From NCBI GenBank assembly GCA_963805945.1, contig CAWDVP010000006.1, positions 1 through 64,000 of the forward strand: 64,000 bases of DNA. Direction: 5' to 3'. The notes under the pieces were generated by a model that saw only the letters and a list, made by a program, of their open reading frames with translations, made no database searches and was not told where the DNA came from. Position numbers and translations under genes: made by a program. This document shows positions 40,830 to 52,150 of the stretch, one piece after another (position 1 is the first letter of the stretch; the number at the start of each line of letters is the position of its first letter). The DNA is from Vulcanimicrobiota bacterium (GTDB lineage Bacteria > Vulcanimicrobiota > Vulcanimicrobiia > Eremiobacterales > Eremiobacteraceae).

Positions 40830-41531
40830 GTGCAAAGAACTTCCGACAAACCACTCGATGCGGTGCTGCTCAAGAAAGTGCCGCTCTTCAGCGAATTCTC
40901 AGACGAGGACCGCGCGACGGTCGCCTCGCTGATGATCGCGCGCCACTATCCCAAACATGCGGTGCTCGTGTACGAAGGCGACCCCGGCGATGCGCTGTTC
41001 ATCGTGGTGGACGGCAACGTTGCGGTGACGCGCGTGAGCAACGACGGCAAAGAGACCATCCTCACCATCTTGCGTGAAGGCGACTTCTTCGGCGAGATGG
41101 GCGTGCTCGACGGCTCGCCGCGCTCGGCGACGATCAAGTCGCTGCGCGACGTGGACGTGGCCATCTTGCCGCGCAGCGATTTCCTGAATCTGCTCGCGAA
41201 GAGCCCGGCGATGAGCCTGTCGCTCATCCTGGCGCTGTCCTCGCGCCTGCGCGAGACGAACCAAGCGATCCAAGCCGCGTCGTACCAGGATATCCGCACC
41301 CGCCTCGCCTCCTTGCTCATCCACCTCAGCAAGAACTTCGGCGAGGACGCCGAGAACGGCACGCGGCTGACCCTGCGGCTCACGAACCAAGAGATGGCCA
41401 ACATGATCGGCACCACCCGTGAGACCGTCAATCGCATGCTCAACCGCTTCTGGGATGAGAAGCTCATCGACATGCGCACCGCCAACATCGTGATCACGGA
41501 GATGGACAAGCTCAAGGCGATCGTGGCGTAG
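40830..41531 (+). CDS. Crp family cNMP-binding transcriptional regulator
   Basis: FFGE...PRSA cNMP pocket; LTNQEMANMIGTTRETVNR HTH. Confidence 0.93.
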   Translation: MQRTSDKPLDAVLLKKVPLFSEFSDEDRATVASLMIARHYPKHAVLVYEGDPGDALFIVVDGNVAVTRVSNDGKETILTILREGDFFGEMGVLDGSPRSATIKSLRDVDVAILPRSDFLNLLAKSPAMSLSLILALSSRLRETNQAIQAASYQDIRTRLASLLIHLSKNFGEDAENGTRLTLRLTNQEMANMIGTTRETVNRMLNRFWDEKLIDMRTANIVITEMDKLKAIVA

Positions 41532-41558
41532 GACGGTCGATGGCGGCCACGATATCTG

Positions 41559-41588
41559 AGGCGTCCCTATGAAGGGGACGCCTTTCTT
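41559..41588 (+). terminator. Intrinsic terminator after crp
   Basis: AGGCGTCCCT-ATGA-AGGGGACGCCT-TTCTT. Confidence 0.65.
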
Positions 41589-41621
41589 GTCCCCCAGGAG
41601 GCCTGGGGCGAATGAATGTTC

Positions 41622-41649
41622 TAAATCCCCGTCCCGGCTTTGCCGATGA
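41622..41649 (+). promoter_or_regulatory. Candidate sigma28-like promoter of pilMNOPQ
   Basis: TAAA-N16-GCCGATGA. Confidence 0.55.
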
Positions 41650-41725
41650 TAGATGCGTGAGGTGATTGTTCCGGTCACCTTGCCTTTACTAGATTCGGGA
41701 CTCGCGGGGATTGGATAGGACGTCC

Positions 41726-42838
41726 ATGTCGTTCCTCGGTCGTTTTTTCTCCCGAGGCGGGAGCCATCACATCGGCGTCGATTTCGGATCGTCCGAGATC
41801 AAGGCCGTGCAATTTGGATTTTCCTCACATGGCCCGACCCTCGAGCACGTGTATCGCATCCCGACGCCGGTGAACGCTGTCAAAGACGGAGTCATCGTCG
41901 ACCCGCCGGCGGTCGGCGAGGCGCTGAGGCAGCTGGTGGCCGACGGCGCGTTCACCGCGCGACGCGTCGTCTCGTCGGTGACGGGTCCGACGGTGGTGGT
42001 CCGTCAGGTGACGATGCCCGTGATGAGCGAGCGCGAACTCTTAGAATCCACGAAATACGAAGCCGAGCGCTTCTTGCCGTATTCGGTCGACGAAGCGCAG
42101 ATGGACGCGAAGATCCTCGGCAAAGCGGAAGATGGGCAGAACATGGACGTGCTTATCGTCGCCGCGCAGAAAGAGATCGTGCTTGCGCAGCTGTCGGCGA
42201 TGCAGGCCGCGGGCCTGCAGGCGGCAGTGGTCGAGATCGAGCCATTTGCCATGGTGCGCGCCATGTTGTCCCCGGAGGACCCAGCGTTCGAACAAAATGT
42301 CGCGATCATCAACATCGGCGCGTCCTCGACGAGCATCAACATCACCAAAGGCGGCTTCGTGCCGTTCACCCGCTACGTTCCCATCGGCGGCGACGCCCTG
42401 ACGAAGGCTATAGCCGGCGGCATGAACATCTCCATGGATGAAGCGGAGAAGATGAAGCGCGAGAAGGCGGCGATCATCACCCAAGGCTCGACCGACCCAG
42501 TGGCGCCGACCGTGACGCGGCTGTTCAACATCATCACGCCGCCGCTGACGGAGCTCGTCTCCGAGATCCACAAGTCGCTCGACTACTTCCGCACCCGTTT
42601 CCGCGGCGAGGTGATCGAGTCGGTCATCTTGGGCGGCGGTTCGGCGCGACTGGCGAACATCGAGGCGTTCTTGAGCCAAGAGCTCGGACTGCCCGTCACC
42701 ACCGCGGATCCGTTGGATCGTTCGAACTACAACGCGGTCGACTTCCCGGCCGAGTACCTGCGCGATATGAGCCCGGCGCTGATCGTGGCGGCCGGTCTCG
42801 CGCGCCGCGATCTCACCGAGTCCGGCAGGGCGGCATAG
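41726..42838 (+). CDS. pilM: Type IV pilus assembly protein PilM
   Basis: IGVDFGSSEIK, INIGASST, IPIGG-like VPIGG, LGGGSARL, AAGLARR. Confidence 0.93.
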   Translation: MSFLGRFFSRGGSHHIGVDFGSSEIKAVQFGFSSHGPTLEHVYRIPTPVNAVKDGVIVDPPAVGEALRQLVADGAFTARRVVSSVTGPTVVVRQVTMPVMSERELLESTKYEAERFLPYSVDEAQMDAKILGKAEDGQNMDVLIVAAQKEIVLAQLSAMQAAGLQAAVVEIEPFAMVRAMLSPEDPAFEQNVAIINIGASSTSINITKGGFVPFTRYVPIGGDALTKAIAGGMNISMDEAEKMKREKAAIITQGSTDPVAPTVTRLFNIITPPLTELVSEIHKSLDYFRTRFRGEVIESVILGGGSARLANIEAFLSQELGLPVTTADPLDRSNYNAVDFPAEYLRDMSPALIVAAGLARRDLTESGRAA

Positions 42839-42871
42839 TCGCATGGCACGAGTGAGCAGAGGGCGACGGCA

Positions 42872-43450
42872 GTGATCAATATCAACCTACTCCCGTCAGC
42901 ACAACGGCCGACGGTCGTCATCTTCGATCGCACGCTTGCGATCGGACTGACGCTCATCGCGCTGGAGCTGCTGGGGATCATCGGTTTCGCGCTGTATGAG
43001 AACAACATCATCCGCGGCCTGAACAACCAATACGCGGACCTGTCGCAGCGCGTGCTGGCCGAGCAAGCCGCGGTCAAGGAAGTAGACGACCTGCGCGATC
43101 AGGCGCAGCAGCTCCAGGCGAAGGCCGAGCTGCTCGAGCGGATCAAGCAGAGCCCGATCCAGTTGGCCGAGATCCTGACCGATTTGCGACATCAAGACCC
43201 GCGCGGCGTGTGGTATACCAACCTCGCGATCAGCCACAGCACCGCTGGCGGCTCCGTGAACATCCAAGGCAAGAGTTCGAGCTACCGCGATATCGCAGAC
43301 CTCATGTTGAACCTCGACGGCTCCGTGCTCTTCGGCGATTCACAGCTGGCCACGGCGGCGCAGCAGCTGCCGCAAGGTCAGCCGGTGCCCGGCGGCATCA
43401 CGTTCACCATGACAGGCCTGCTGAGCGCGGCGGTGGTCGGCCAACAATGA
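42872..43450 (+). CDS. pilN: PilN
   Basis: INLLP motif, TM helix, coiled coil. Confidence 0.88.
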   Translation: MININLLPSAQRPTVVIFDRTLAIGLTLIALELLGIIGFALYENNIIRGLNNQYADLSQRVLAEQAAVKEVDDLRDQAQQLQAKAELLERIKQSPIQLAEILTDLRHQDPRGVWYTNLAISHSTAGGSVNIQGKSSSYRDIADLMLNLDGSVLFGDSQLATAAQQLPQGQPVPGGITFTMTGLLSAAVVGQQ

Positions 43451-44323
43451 ACATACAACTGAGCACCTTCAACCGCATCCTCATCGTCGGTGGCCTGTTC
43501 CTCGTAATCGCGCTGCTCGGTTTCTTCTTCGTGGTGCAGCCGAAGAAGAACCAAGAGGCGTCGACGATCGCACAGATCAACGACCTGCAGGGCCAGTACG
43601 ACGAGCTCAAGCGGGTAGCCGACCAAAAGCCGCTCTACCTCGCGCTCAACGAGCAGATCCGCAAGCGGCTCACCGGCGTCGAAGTGACCGCTGACCCGCG
43701 CTCGTACATCCCGTCATACTTGAAGCAGATCGAGGACCTCGCCAAGCGCGACGGCCTCATCGTCACCAGCGTCTCACCGCAAGCGACGCCGGCGCCGTCT
43801 CCGGTGCCTTCGGGCGCCCCGACGCCTGCCGCTGGGCCGCCCGTCACCAATCTCCCCGTCGTCGGCCAGCCCCTTAAGCAGGCGTCGCACGCGCTCGGCG
43901 CCGAGAACGCGCGCAGCCAGACGACGAACGAAGTCGATCGGCGGACCTAGCACCGCACCGCGCGGTCCGACGCCGCTGCCCGGACAGGCGCCCGGTACGA
44001 ATCCGCCCGGCGTCGAAGCGGGCTCGGCGCGCGCGGCCGCGTTGGCCTACCTCAACCAATCGTTCACCCAGGTGCCTGTCAATATGGAGTTCGAGGGCCG
44101 CTACGAACAGTTCGAGACCTTCTTGCGCGACCTGAGCAAGTTCCCGAAGCTGCTCGGCGTGGGCGACGTCACGCTGGTTCCGCTAAATACGGTCGCTGGC
44201 GTCGGGGTGAGCCCGCCTTTGAAGATCACGATGCCCGTCACCGCGTATCGGCTGAGCCCGAACGCGGCGCAGGCGCCTGGGCCTGTCACGCCGGTGGCGA
44301 GCCCGCGGCCCGGAGGTAAGTGA
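43447..44323 (+). CDS. pilO: PilO with Pro-rich insertion (frameshift near 43945)
   Basis: TM and coiled coil; VPVNMEFEGRYEQFETFLRDLSKFPKL. Confidence 0.82.
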
Positions 44324-44838
44324 TGAAGACGCTCACGCTCGTATTCGTCCTCTGCGCGTCCGTCGCGATCGCCGCATGCGGCGCGCCGCCGCCGGCCGCT
44401 CAGGGCCCGGTGGCCATCGTAAAGCACCCGAACGACGCGCCGCCGCCGGTGCTTTCCACGCCGGTGCCGGTGGTGAAGTCGAAAGTGAACCCCAACGCTG
44501 GCCGCAGCGATCCGTTCGCGGCTCTGTACGGACAGGGAGCCGCTAGCGGCACGCCGCGCCGCCTCGCAGCGAACGCCTATCCGAAGATCCCCACGCTGCC
44601 GGGATTCGAGGGCGCGCCGGGCGGCGGCAAAGTCGCTTCGGTGTGGGACGGCGTCCGCGTTAGCGGCATCGTGCAGGCCAATGGGTATTCAGCGATCATC
44701 GAGGCAGACGGCAAATCATACGTCGTCCGCGAGGGCGAGTCGATCGCCAACAACAGGATTCGCGTCACGGCCATCGGGCCCGGATACGTCACGCTTTCGT
44801 CCGCCGAGGGCGTGCGAAACTTCTCGTTAGGGGGATAA
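44320..44838 (+). CDS. pilP: PilP-like lipoprotein
   Basis: Lipobox IAAC, GRSDPF, VSGIV...SAII...YVVREGE. Confidence 0.75.
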   Translation: MMKTLTLVFVLCASVAIAACGAPPPAAQGPVAIVKHPNDAPPPVLSTPVPVVKSKVNPNAGRSDPFAALYGQGAASGTPRRLAANAYPKIPTLPGFEGAPGGGKVASVWDGVRVSGIVQANGYSAIIEADGKSYVVREGESIANNRIRVTAIGPGYVTLSSAEGVRNFSLGG

Positions 44839-44840
44839 CC

Positions 44841-46780
44841 ATGCAAGGGCATTTTAGGTCGTCTACGGCCTGGCTGATGGGAGGAGTGCTCGCGTTGAGC
44901 TTGCTCCCGCTCCCGCAGCAGGGTCGAGCCGCCACGAATCCGGTGACCGACGTGCGCTACGGCAGCCAGGACGGCGCTTTCCACGTGACCGTGGTCGCCG
45001 GCAGCACGGTCAGCACGAGCGTGCACAAATTCTCCATCGACTCCACAAAGGACGTGCAGGACTTGGTGGTCGACGTCGCTCCGGCGACCTACGACGGGCG
45101 CACCAAGGTCATCGCGTTCTCGGACGGACCGATCCGGCAAGTCCGCGTCGGCCAGCTGTCGGATTCGCCGGCGGTCATGCGGATCGTCGTGGAGTCCAAC
45201 GGCGCCGCTAAATACGACCTCCACCAGGGCAACGGTCAGACCGTCACCCTCGCGCTTGCGACGACGCAGCAGGGCCACGCGCTCGATGCCAGCGACGCCG
45301 CTACGGCGGCTCGTGTCGCCGCGGCACGGCCGGCTCAAGCGATCGATAGCGGCTCCGCTGCTCCCGCCCCTGTCACACACACGGCGAGCGCGCCCGCCCC
45401 CGTCGCGCACGCCGCAGTCGCCCCGCCTGCTCCAGCGCCGAAAGTCGTCGCGGCAGCGGCACCGCTGGTCACGGCCCGCGCGACCCCGAATCCGTGGCTG
45501 CCGGGCGGCAAGTACTACTGCAAGGTTCCCGGTGCGCATAACAACGCCACGACGACAAGTGCGGTCTCGCCCTCGACGGCTTCGTACCCGGCAGCGCCGG
45601 CGGGCGGATCGGTAGGCGCGACGCATCCGTCGGGCACGGTTTCCATCGACGTGAAGAACGGTGACCTGCTCGACACGATCCGGCTGCTCGCGCAGGAGAG
45701 CGGCCAGAACATCGTCACGACGTCGAGCGTCAAGGGCACCGTCTCCGTGAGCCTCCACGACGTGCCGCTCCGGCAAGCGCTCGATCTGATCGTGCGCACC
45801 AATGGCTTGGAGTATCGCGAGGTCGGCAACGTCTACGTCGTCGGCACGCCGGACGAGCTGACGAAACAGTTCGGCTCGGCCGGACAAGCGACGCAGACGG
45901 TCGCGTTCCCAATCCGCTATTCCACTCCAGCTGGATCTGGCCAAACAGCTCAACACCGTGCTGCCGCAGAGGCTCCTTCACGGTCGACGCCCGGACGGAT
46001 ACGCTGCTCGTCAACGGCACGCCAGAGGTGATCCAATCGGCGCGCAATTTCCTCGCGCTCGCCGACGTGCCGGCGCCGCAAGTGATGTTCGAGGTCAAAG
46101 TTCTCGAAGTCATCAAGAACAACGATAACAGCAACGTCGGCGTCGCCTTCGACGGCTCATCGCGGCTGGGGCTGTTCGAGAACTGCATCACCTGCAGCGG
46201 TCCGCAGACCTTCCCGACGATCCCGCAGAGCGGCAACCCGATCGCGCCGCAGCCGTTCACGCGCAGCGCGATCACGGTCGGCGCGACCATCAACTACCTC
46301 ATCACGCACAACCAGGCGCAGACCCTCGCGGATCCGCGCGTGGAAGCGCTCAACAACCAGCAGGCGAAGCTGCTCGTCGGCCAGACCTATCCGATCGTGT
46401 ATTACAGCTCGCAGGCGGGCCAGTTCCAGGTGCAGTACATCGACGTCGGCGTGATCCTCAACGTGACGCCCGTGATCAACACGGACGGCTACATCACGAC
46501 GGTGCTGCACGTCGAGCGCAGCACGATCGCAGGTCTGGTGCAGAACCAATACCCGATCCTCAACAACCGCAAGATCGACAACACACTGCGCGTCAAGGAC
46601 GGCGACACCATCGTCATGGGCGGTCTGATCGACGACCAGACCACCAAGACCATCACGAAGGTGCCGCTGCTCGGCGACATCCCGATCCTCGGCGTGCTGT
46701 TCAAGAACGTCGAACAGACGAAGATCCACGGCGAGGTCGTCTTCCTGATCACCCCGCACATCGTCGGAGAGCGGATCTAG
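44841..46780 (+). CDS. pilQ: Secretin PilQ (AMIN, STN/N0, N3, secretin; frameshifts near 45925-45970)
   Basis: QVRVGQ...[47 protein letters not shown]. Confidence 0.9.
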
Positions 46781-46839
46781 ACGAGCGCGGAAACGGCGAA
46801 GCGGGGGCGGCTACGGCTGCCTCCGTTTTCATTCGAGCG

Positions 46840-48014
46840 ATGATACGCTACCTCACCGCAGGCGAATCGCACGGGCCGGCGCTCGTCGGCATCATCGACG
46901 GGCTGCCCGCCGGCATGCGCCTCGACATGGCCGCGCTGTCCGATGAGCTCGCGGCGCGCCAATCCGGCTACGGCCGCGGCGGCCGCATGAAGATCGAGCG
47001 CGACGCGGTGGACATCCTGGCGGGGGTGCGCGGCGGCATAACCTTAGGCTCGCCGGTCGCGCTGGTCATCGTCAACAAGGACTTCGAGAACAACCGCGCC
47101 CTGATGGATCCGCTCACGGGCGCGGGGCCGCCGATCACGCGGCCGCGGCCGGGCCACGCGGACTACGCGGGCGCGCTGAAGTTCCGCCACCGGGATCTGC
47201 GCAACGTGCTCGAGCGCGCCAGCGCGCGCGAGACGGCGATGCGGGTGGCGCTCGGCGCGATTGGCGCGCCAGTACCTGAGGTGTGTTCGGCGTCACAATT
47301 TCCGGCCACGTCACGCAAATCGGAGACGTCGAGTCGCGCGGGCAAGCGGACCCGCCCGATAAAAAGAGTATACAGAGATCACCGGTGCGGTGTCCTGACG
47401 CGGAAGCGTCGGCCCGCATGGTCGAGCGCATCGACGCCGCACGGCGCGACGGCGACACGCTCGGCGGCGTTTTCGAAGTGAGGGCGAGCCGCATGCCGGT
47501 GGGGATCGGCAGCAATCGCCAGCCGTGGGAACGCCTGGACGCGCGCATCGCGGCCGCGATGATGAGCATCCAGACGGCCAAGGCCGTGGAGATCGGCGCT
47601 ATCGCGCGCGATCTCACCGGCAGCGGTTCCCACGACGTGTTCGAGAAGCGCGGCGACGCGATCGCGCGCGGCTCGAACCGGGCGGGCGGCATCGAAGGCG
47701 GCATGTCGAACGGCGAGGACATCGTCGTCCGCGTGACGGTGAAGCCCATAGCGACGCTGATGCGGCCGCTCGCGTCGGTGGATCTGAAGACAGGTGAGGC
47801 GGCGCCGGCCGCCGTGGTGCGCAGCGACGTCTGCGCGGTGCCGGCGGCGTCGGTGATAGGCGAGGCGATGGTGAGCCTCGCGTTGGCGGAGGCGTTCTCC
47901 GAGAAGTACGGGGGCGATTCCGTCGAAGAGGTCAGGGAGAATTTCCAAGCGTCGCAACGAGGAGCGGCGCGCGTGTTCGGTGAGGAAAAGCCGGCGAGCC
48001 CGCTAGAGCAGTAG
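46840..48014 (+). CDS. aroC: Chorismate synthase (frameshift near 47270)
   Basis: [44 protein letters not shown]. Confidence 0.93.
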
Positions 48015-48029
48015 AAAAAGGCGTGCATC

Positions 48030-50721
48030 GTGGCACAACCAGGCGCGACTCCGGGCGACCCGTCCGCCAGCCAAACGGCTGCCGGCGCTGCGGCGTTTCT
48101 CGATGAGGCGCGCGACAAGCTCAACGGCAATGATCCAGCCGGCGCGCTGATCTGCCTGAAGACCGTCGCCGGGCTGGCCGGCTGTCCGCCCGATCTCTTG
48201 ATCGAGGCGGCGAAACTGTTGGTGCAGGCGGGCGATTCGCAAGGCGCGATCGAGAGCTATCTGCAGGCCGGCACCGCCTACATCCGCGGCAAAGAGTTCG
48301 CGAAGGCGCGCCAGGCTTTGCAAGCGGGGCATGCGCTCGACGCGCACAACCTCGACGTCATCTTCATGCTCGGACAGGCCGACGTGAGCGAAGGCCGCAT
48401 CCAGGACGGCCTGGCGAAATTCATCGACGTGCTGCGCAAGTCGAACCTCAAGCATATCCCGGCGCTCTTCGAAGCGGGCTGCATCTACCAGCTCAACGGC
48501 CAGTACGATCAGGCGATGCTCGCGTTCAAGAAGGTGCTGGACCGCGATAAGACCCACGTCCAGGCGACGGTGCGCATCGGCCAGCTCTTCCAGAGCAAGG
48601 AGCACATGGGCGACGCGATCGCCTACTACATCCAAGCCGCCCAAGTCGCGCGCGAGTGCGAGCATTGGAGCTCCGCGCGCCAGATCGCGAGCATGGTGCT
48701 CGCGCTGGATCCGCAGAACCAAAAGGCGCGCTTCATCCTCGACGATCTCGAGGAACAAGGCCACGGTGCGGACGAGGCAGAGCCGGCCATCTCCGCCGTG
48801 CCGCCCGTTCCGGTGAAGGCCGCTGCTGCGGCCGACCCTCGAGCCAAACCGGTGCCGCAAAATCCGATGGCGGCCAAAGCGCCGCTCGGCAAAGCGCCGC
48901 CACCGCCGGCTCCCGCGGCCGCGCCGAAAGCCACAGCCCACGCCACCGCCTGCGGCGCCGCAGCCGGCAGCCGCGGAGGCGAAGAAGCCCGCGCCGCTGC
49001 AGCCCAGGCCCACAAGCCAGCCGCCGCCCACGCCTGTCGTAGCGCAGATGGCCGCGAAAGGCGCCGCGGTGCGCCCGCCGCAGCCGGAGCCGGAGAAACC
49101 GGCCGCGCCCCAGCCTGCGCCCGCCGCCACGGCGTCGCAGCCGGAGCCGGAGAAGCCGGCCGCAGACGCGACCGATGCGGACCTGGAGCGTGCGCGCCAG
49201 ATGCTGAACGCGATCGAGATGCAGCGGCAAGCGGCGCAGGCCGACCTGCAGATGCTGCTCACCGCGCGCGAAGAATTGCAAAAAGCCCTGGCGGAGCAGC
49301 GGACCATTCTCGAGTCCGCGGCGATGCGCAAGACGGAGCTCGATGCGCAAATAGCCGCGAGCTCGGCGACGCTGGAAGAAGGCAAGGCGGCGGTCGAAGC
49401 GGACAGCGCGCAGGGCGCCGCACGCGATGAGGCGAGAGCCGGCCTTACGGCGGAGCGCGAGAGCCTCGAGAAGGCGGTCGCGCAGCTGCGGGCCGACGCC
49501 GAAGCGCTCGCGCAGCAGAAAGCCGCCGACGAGAGGACCATCAAAGAGCTGATCGGGCTGCGCGACACGACTGCTGCGGAAGTGGCGGCATTCACGGCCA
49601 AGATGCAGGACGCGAAACGCCTCACGGATGAGCTCGAAGCGGCCCATGCCGCTGCCGCGGCCGATCCGAACGCGCAGGCGCGCACGCGGGCTGAAGCTGA
49701 GAGCGTCGAGGCGGCACTGGCCGCGCTGCAGGCGAAGATCGCCGAAGCGTCGCGCCAAGCCGCAGAGGCCGACGCGATCCGCGCGCAGCGCCAAAGCGAA
49801 GCGGACGCGCTCACGCAGCGCGTCGGCGCGCTGACCGCGACCGTCAAGGATCTCGAGCAGCGAGCCGCCGCACCAGCGGCGTCGGCTGCAGCGCCCGTGA
49901 GCCAGCCCAACGTCGGACCGCAAGGCGCACATGCGCGCGCGGCGGCGCATCTCGCGGCGGGCGAGTTCGACAAAGCGATCGCCGCCTACGCTCAGGCTTT
50001 CGAGACGAACCCGCAGGACGCCGGCGCCGCGTATCAGGCCGGCGCGTTGATGGCCGAACACAGCGCAGACCTGGAAGGCGCGGAGCGCCTGCTCCAGCAG
50101 GCGGCCGATCTGCGGCCGGACCACGCGGCGACCCGCTATCAGCTCGCGGTGGTGAAGGCGCGGCGCGGCAATGTGGTCGAGGGCGCGGAGCTGCTGACCT
50201 CGCTCGCGCGCACCGACGCCAATAACGGCGACTTCGTCGATCAGTTCGTCGAGCGGTTGGAGAAAGAGGCGCAGCCGGGCGACCTGGGCGCGCGCTACCG
50301 CCTCGGCGTGGCGTATCGCGAACTCGGCCGCATCGAAGAGGCGCTCGTCATGCTGCAGTCGATCCAGCACGAGACGGAGTTCGTCGTGCCGTGCCTCATC
50401 GCGATCGGCTTGTGCCTGCGCCGGCAAGGCCTCGACGGCGCGGCCGCCAAGCGCTTCGCGAAGGCGATCGAGACGCCCGGCTATCCCGAGCCGCTGTACC
50501 TCGAGGCGCTCTACAATCTCGGCGATCTATACGAGGCGAAGGGCACACAAGAGTCGCTCGCCCTCGCGCTGTCCTCGTTCGAAGAGCTGTACGCGCGCGA
50601 TATCGCCTATCGCGACATCGGCGAGCGCGTGCGCGTGGTGAAGACCAATCTGAGCTCCGCCGAACGGCAGAAGATCAAACGGCTGCCGACGCGGCTCGCG
50701 GACAGCCAGGGGAACCAATGA
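48030..50721 (+). CDS. Large TPR / Pro-rich / coiled-coil / TPR protein, SgmX-like (frameshift near 48930)
   Basis: N-terminal TPRs; C-terminal RYRLGVAYRELG...CLIAIGLC...LYNLGDLYE...YRDIGER. Confidence 0.7.
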
Positions 50722-51512
50722 GCGCGCGACGGAGCACTGCCGACGAGCTGCGCAAGAAAGCGGAGCAGAAGCATCGGCGCAAAGGCATCGCAGAGGCCGC
50801 GCCGCTGTACCGGCAAAGCGCGCTCGCCTTGCTCGCCGACGGCCGCGAGCACGATGCGGCGGCGATGCTGCAAGCGGCGCTGTCGGATGACGGCAACGAG
50901 AGCTCGTCGCAGCAACGCGACCTGCGCAAGCTCGCCGCGGAGACGCTTGCATCCATCCACAATATGCCGGCCGCGATCAGCGAGTACGAGGAGTACGTGA
51001 AGTCGGGGACGCCCGAGGCCTCCACCTTGCGCGCGCTTGCAGAGCTCTACGTGACGGCGGGCAAGACGAACATCGCCATCGAGCGCCTGCGGCGCGCGGT
51101 GGAGCGAGGCATCGGCGAGGGTGACATCGTCGAAGCGGCGACCGCCGCCGGTCGCGTCGCCGATCTCATGCCCGAGTCGACCGACGCGGCGGTGCAGCAG
51201 GTGGTGCTCCTGCGGAACATCGCGGACGAGCGGCTGGAGAGGGCGCTCGACCATTTGGCGGCGCTCTATCGGGCGCAGGAGAAGCTCTCCCAGGAGGTGG
51301 CCGTCGGCGAGGAGTTGCTCGCGATCGCGCCGAGCCGCGACGATGTCCGCCACCGGCTCGCCAGCCTGTATACCCGGATCCTCGAGATGGACCCGCATGA
51401 CGACGCCGCCTGGCAGGGTCTGCGCAAGGTGGACGGCGAGCTCTCCGAGCAGTTGGCCGTGCTCCTCATGGACGAACTCGCGGACAAGCAGACTCGCACG
51501 AAAGCGAGCTGA
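50718..51512 (+). CDS. TPR-like protein
   Basis: Helical repeats; ATG overlaps the upstream stop. Confidence 0.7.
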   Translation: MSARRSTADELRKKAEQKHRRKGIAEAAPLYRQSALALLADGREHDAAAMLQAALSDDGNESSSQQRDLRKLAAETLASIHNMPAAISEYEEYVKSGTPEASTLRALAELYVTAGKTNIAIERLRRAVERGIGEGDIVEAATAAGRVADLMPESTDAAVQQVVLLRNIADERLERALDHLAALYRAQEKLSQEVAVGEELLAIAPSRDDVRHRLASLYTRILEMDPHDDAAWQGLRKVDGELSEQLAVLLMDELADKQTRTKAS

Positions 51513-51565
51513 TTTTGGCGCGCGTTGCGGGACTCCGGTGCCGCACGAGAGAACCGGGCTGACGA

Positions 51566-52150
51566 GTGTACGCGAAGCGGAAAAGACCATTTTCCTCGCT
51601 CCAGTTCGCGCTGACCGTCATCTTGGTCGCGCTCCTGTTCGTGCTTGCGCTCGCCGCGATCACGCGCGAAGCGGTCGGCGAGCCGGTCGTGCCGCCGCAG
51701 GTCGTCGACTTGTTCCACAAGCAGACCCCCGTGCTGCCGCAAGGCTTCAACTACGACTTCGAAGTGCTCGATCCGATGACCCAAAAGCCGATATCGCAGA
51801 TCCCGCCCGCTGGACAAGTCGAACTGCGGCTCGCGGTCACGAACGATTCGCCGCTGCCGAAGACGCTGGATTTTCCCACCTCGCTGCAGGCCGAATTCAT
51901 CGCGCGGCGCGTCGAGACGTTCCTCGGCGGCTTGTTCGTGTTGCCGCTCGAGGTGTGGCGCTCGTCGTACTTCCATAACATCTCGCACACGCCGACCTCG
52001 CTGATCTTCACTCCGGGTGAGACCAAGGTGTTCACGTCGCTGTGGACCTTCAAGCAGACCGGCGACGAGAGCGTGCCGGTGGGCGACTACCGGTTGCTGG
52101 CGAAGTTCTACGGCGCCACCATCCTTGTCCGTATCTCCAAGCCGGAGTGA
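51566..52150 (+). CDS. Membrane-anchored BsuPI-like (Ig-fold) domain protein
   Basis: N-terminal TM; LAVTNDS...LDFPTS...EVWRSS...PGETKVF...W...VPVGDYRL. Confidence 0.6.
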   Translation: MYAKRKRPFSSLQFALTVILVALLFVLALAAITREAVGEPVVPPQVVDLFHKQTPVLPQGFNYDFEVLDPMTQKPISQIPPAGQVELRLAVTNDSPLPKTLDFPTSLQAEFIARRVETFLGGLFVLPLEVWRSSYFHNISHTPTSLIFTPGETKVFTSLWTFKQTGDESVPVGDYRLLAKFYGATILVRISKPE

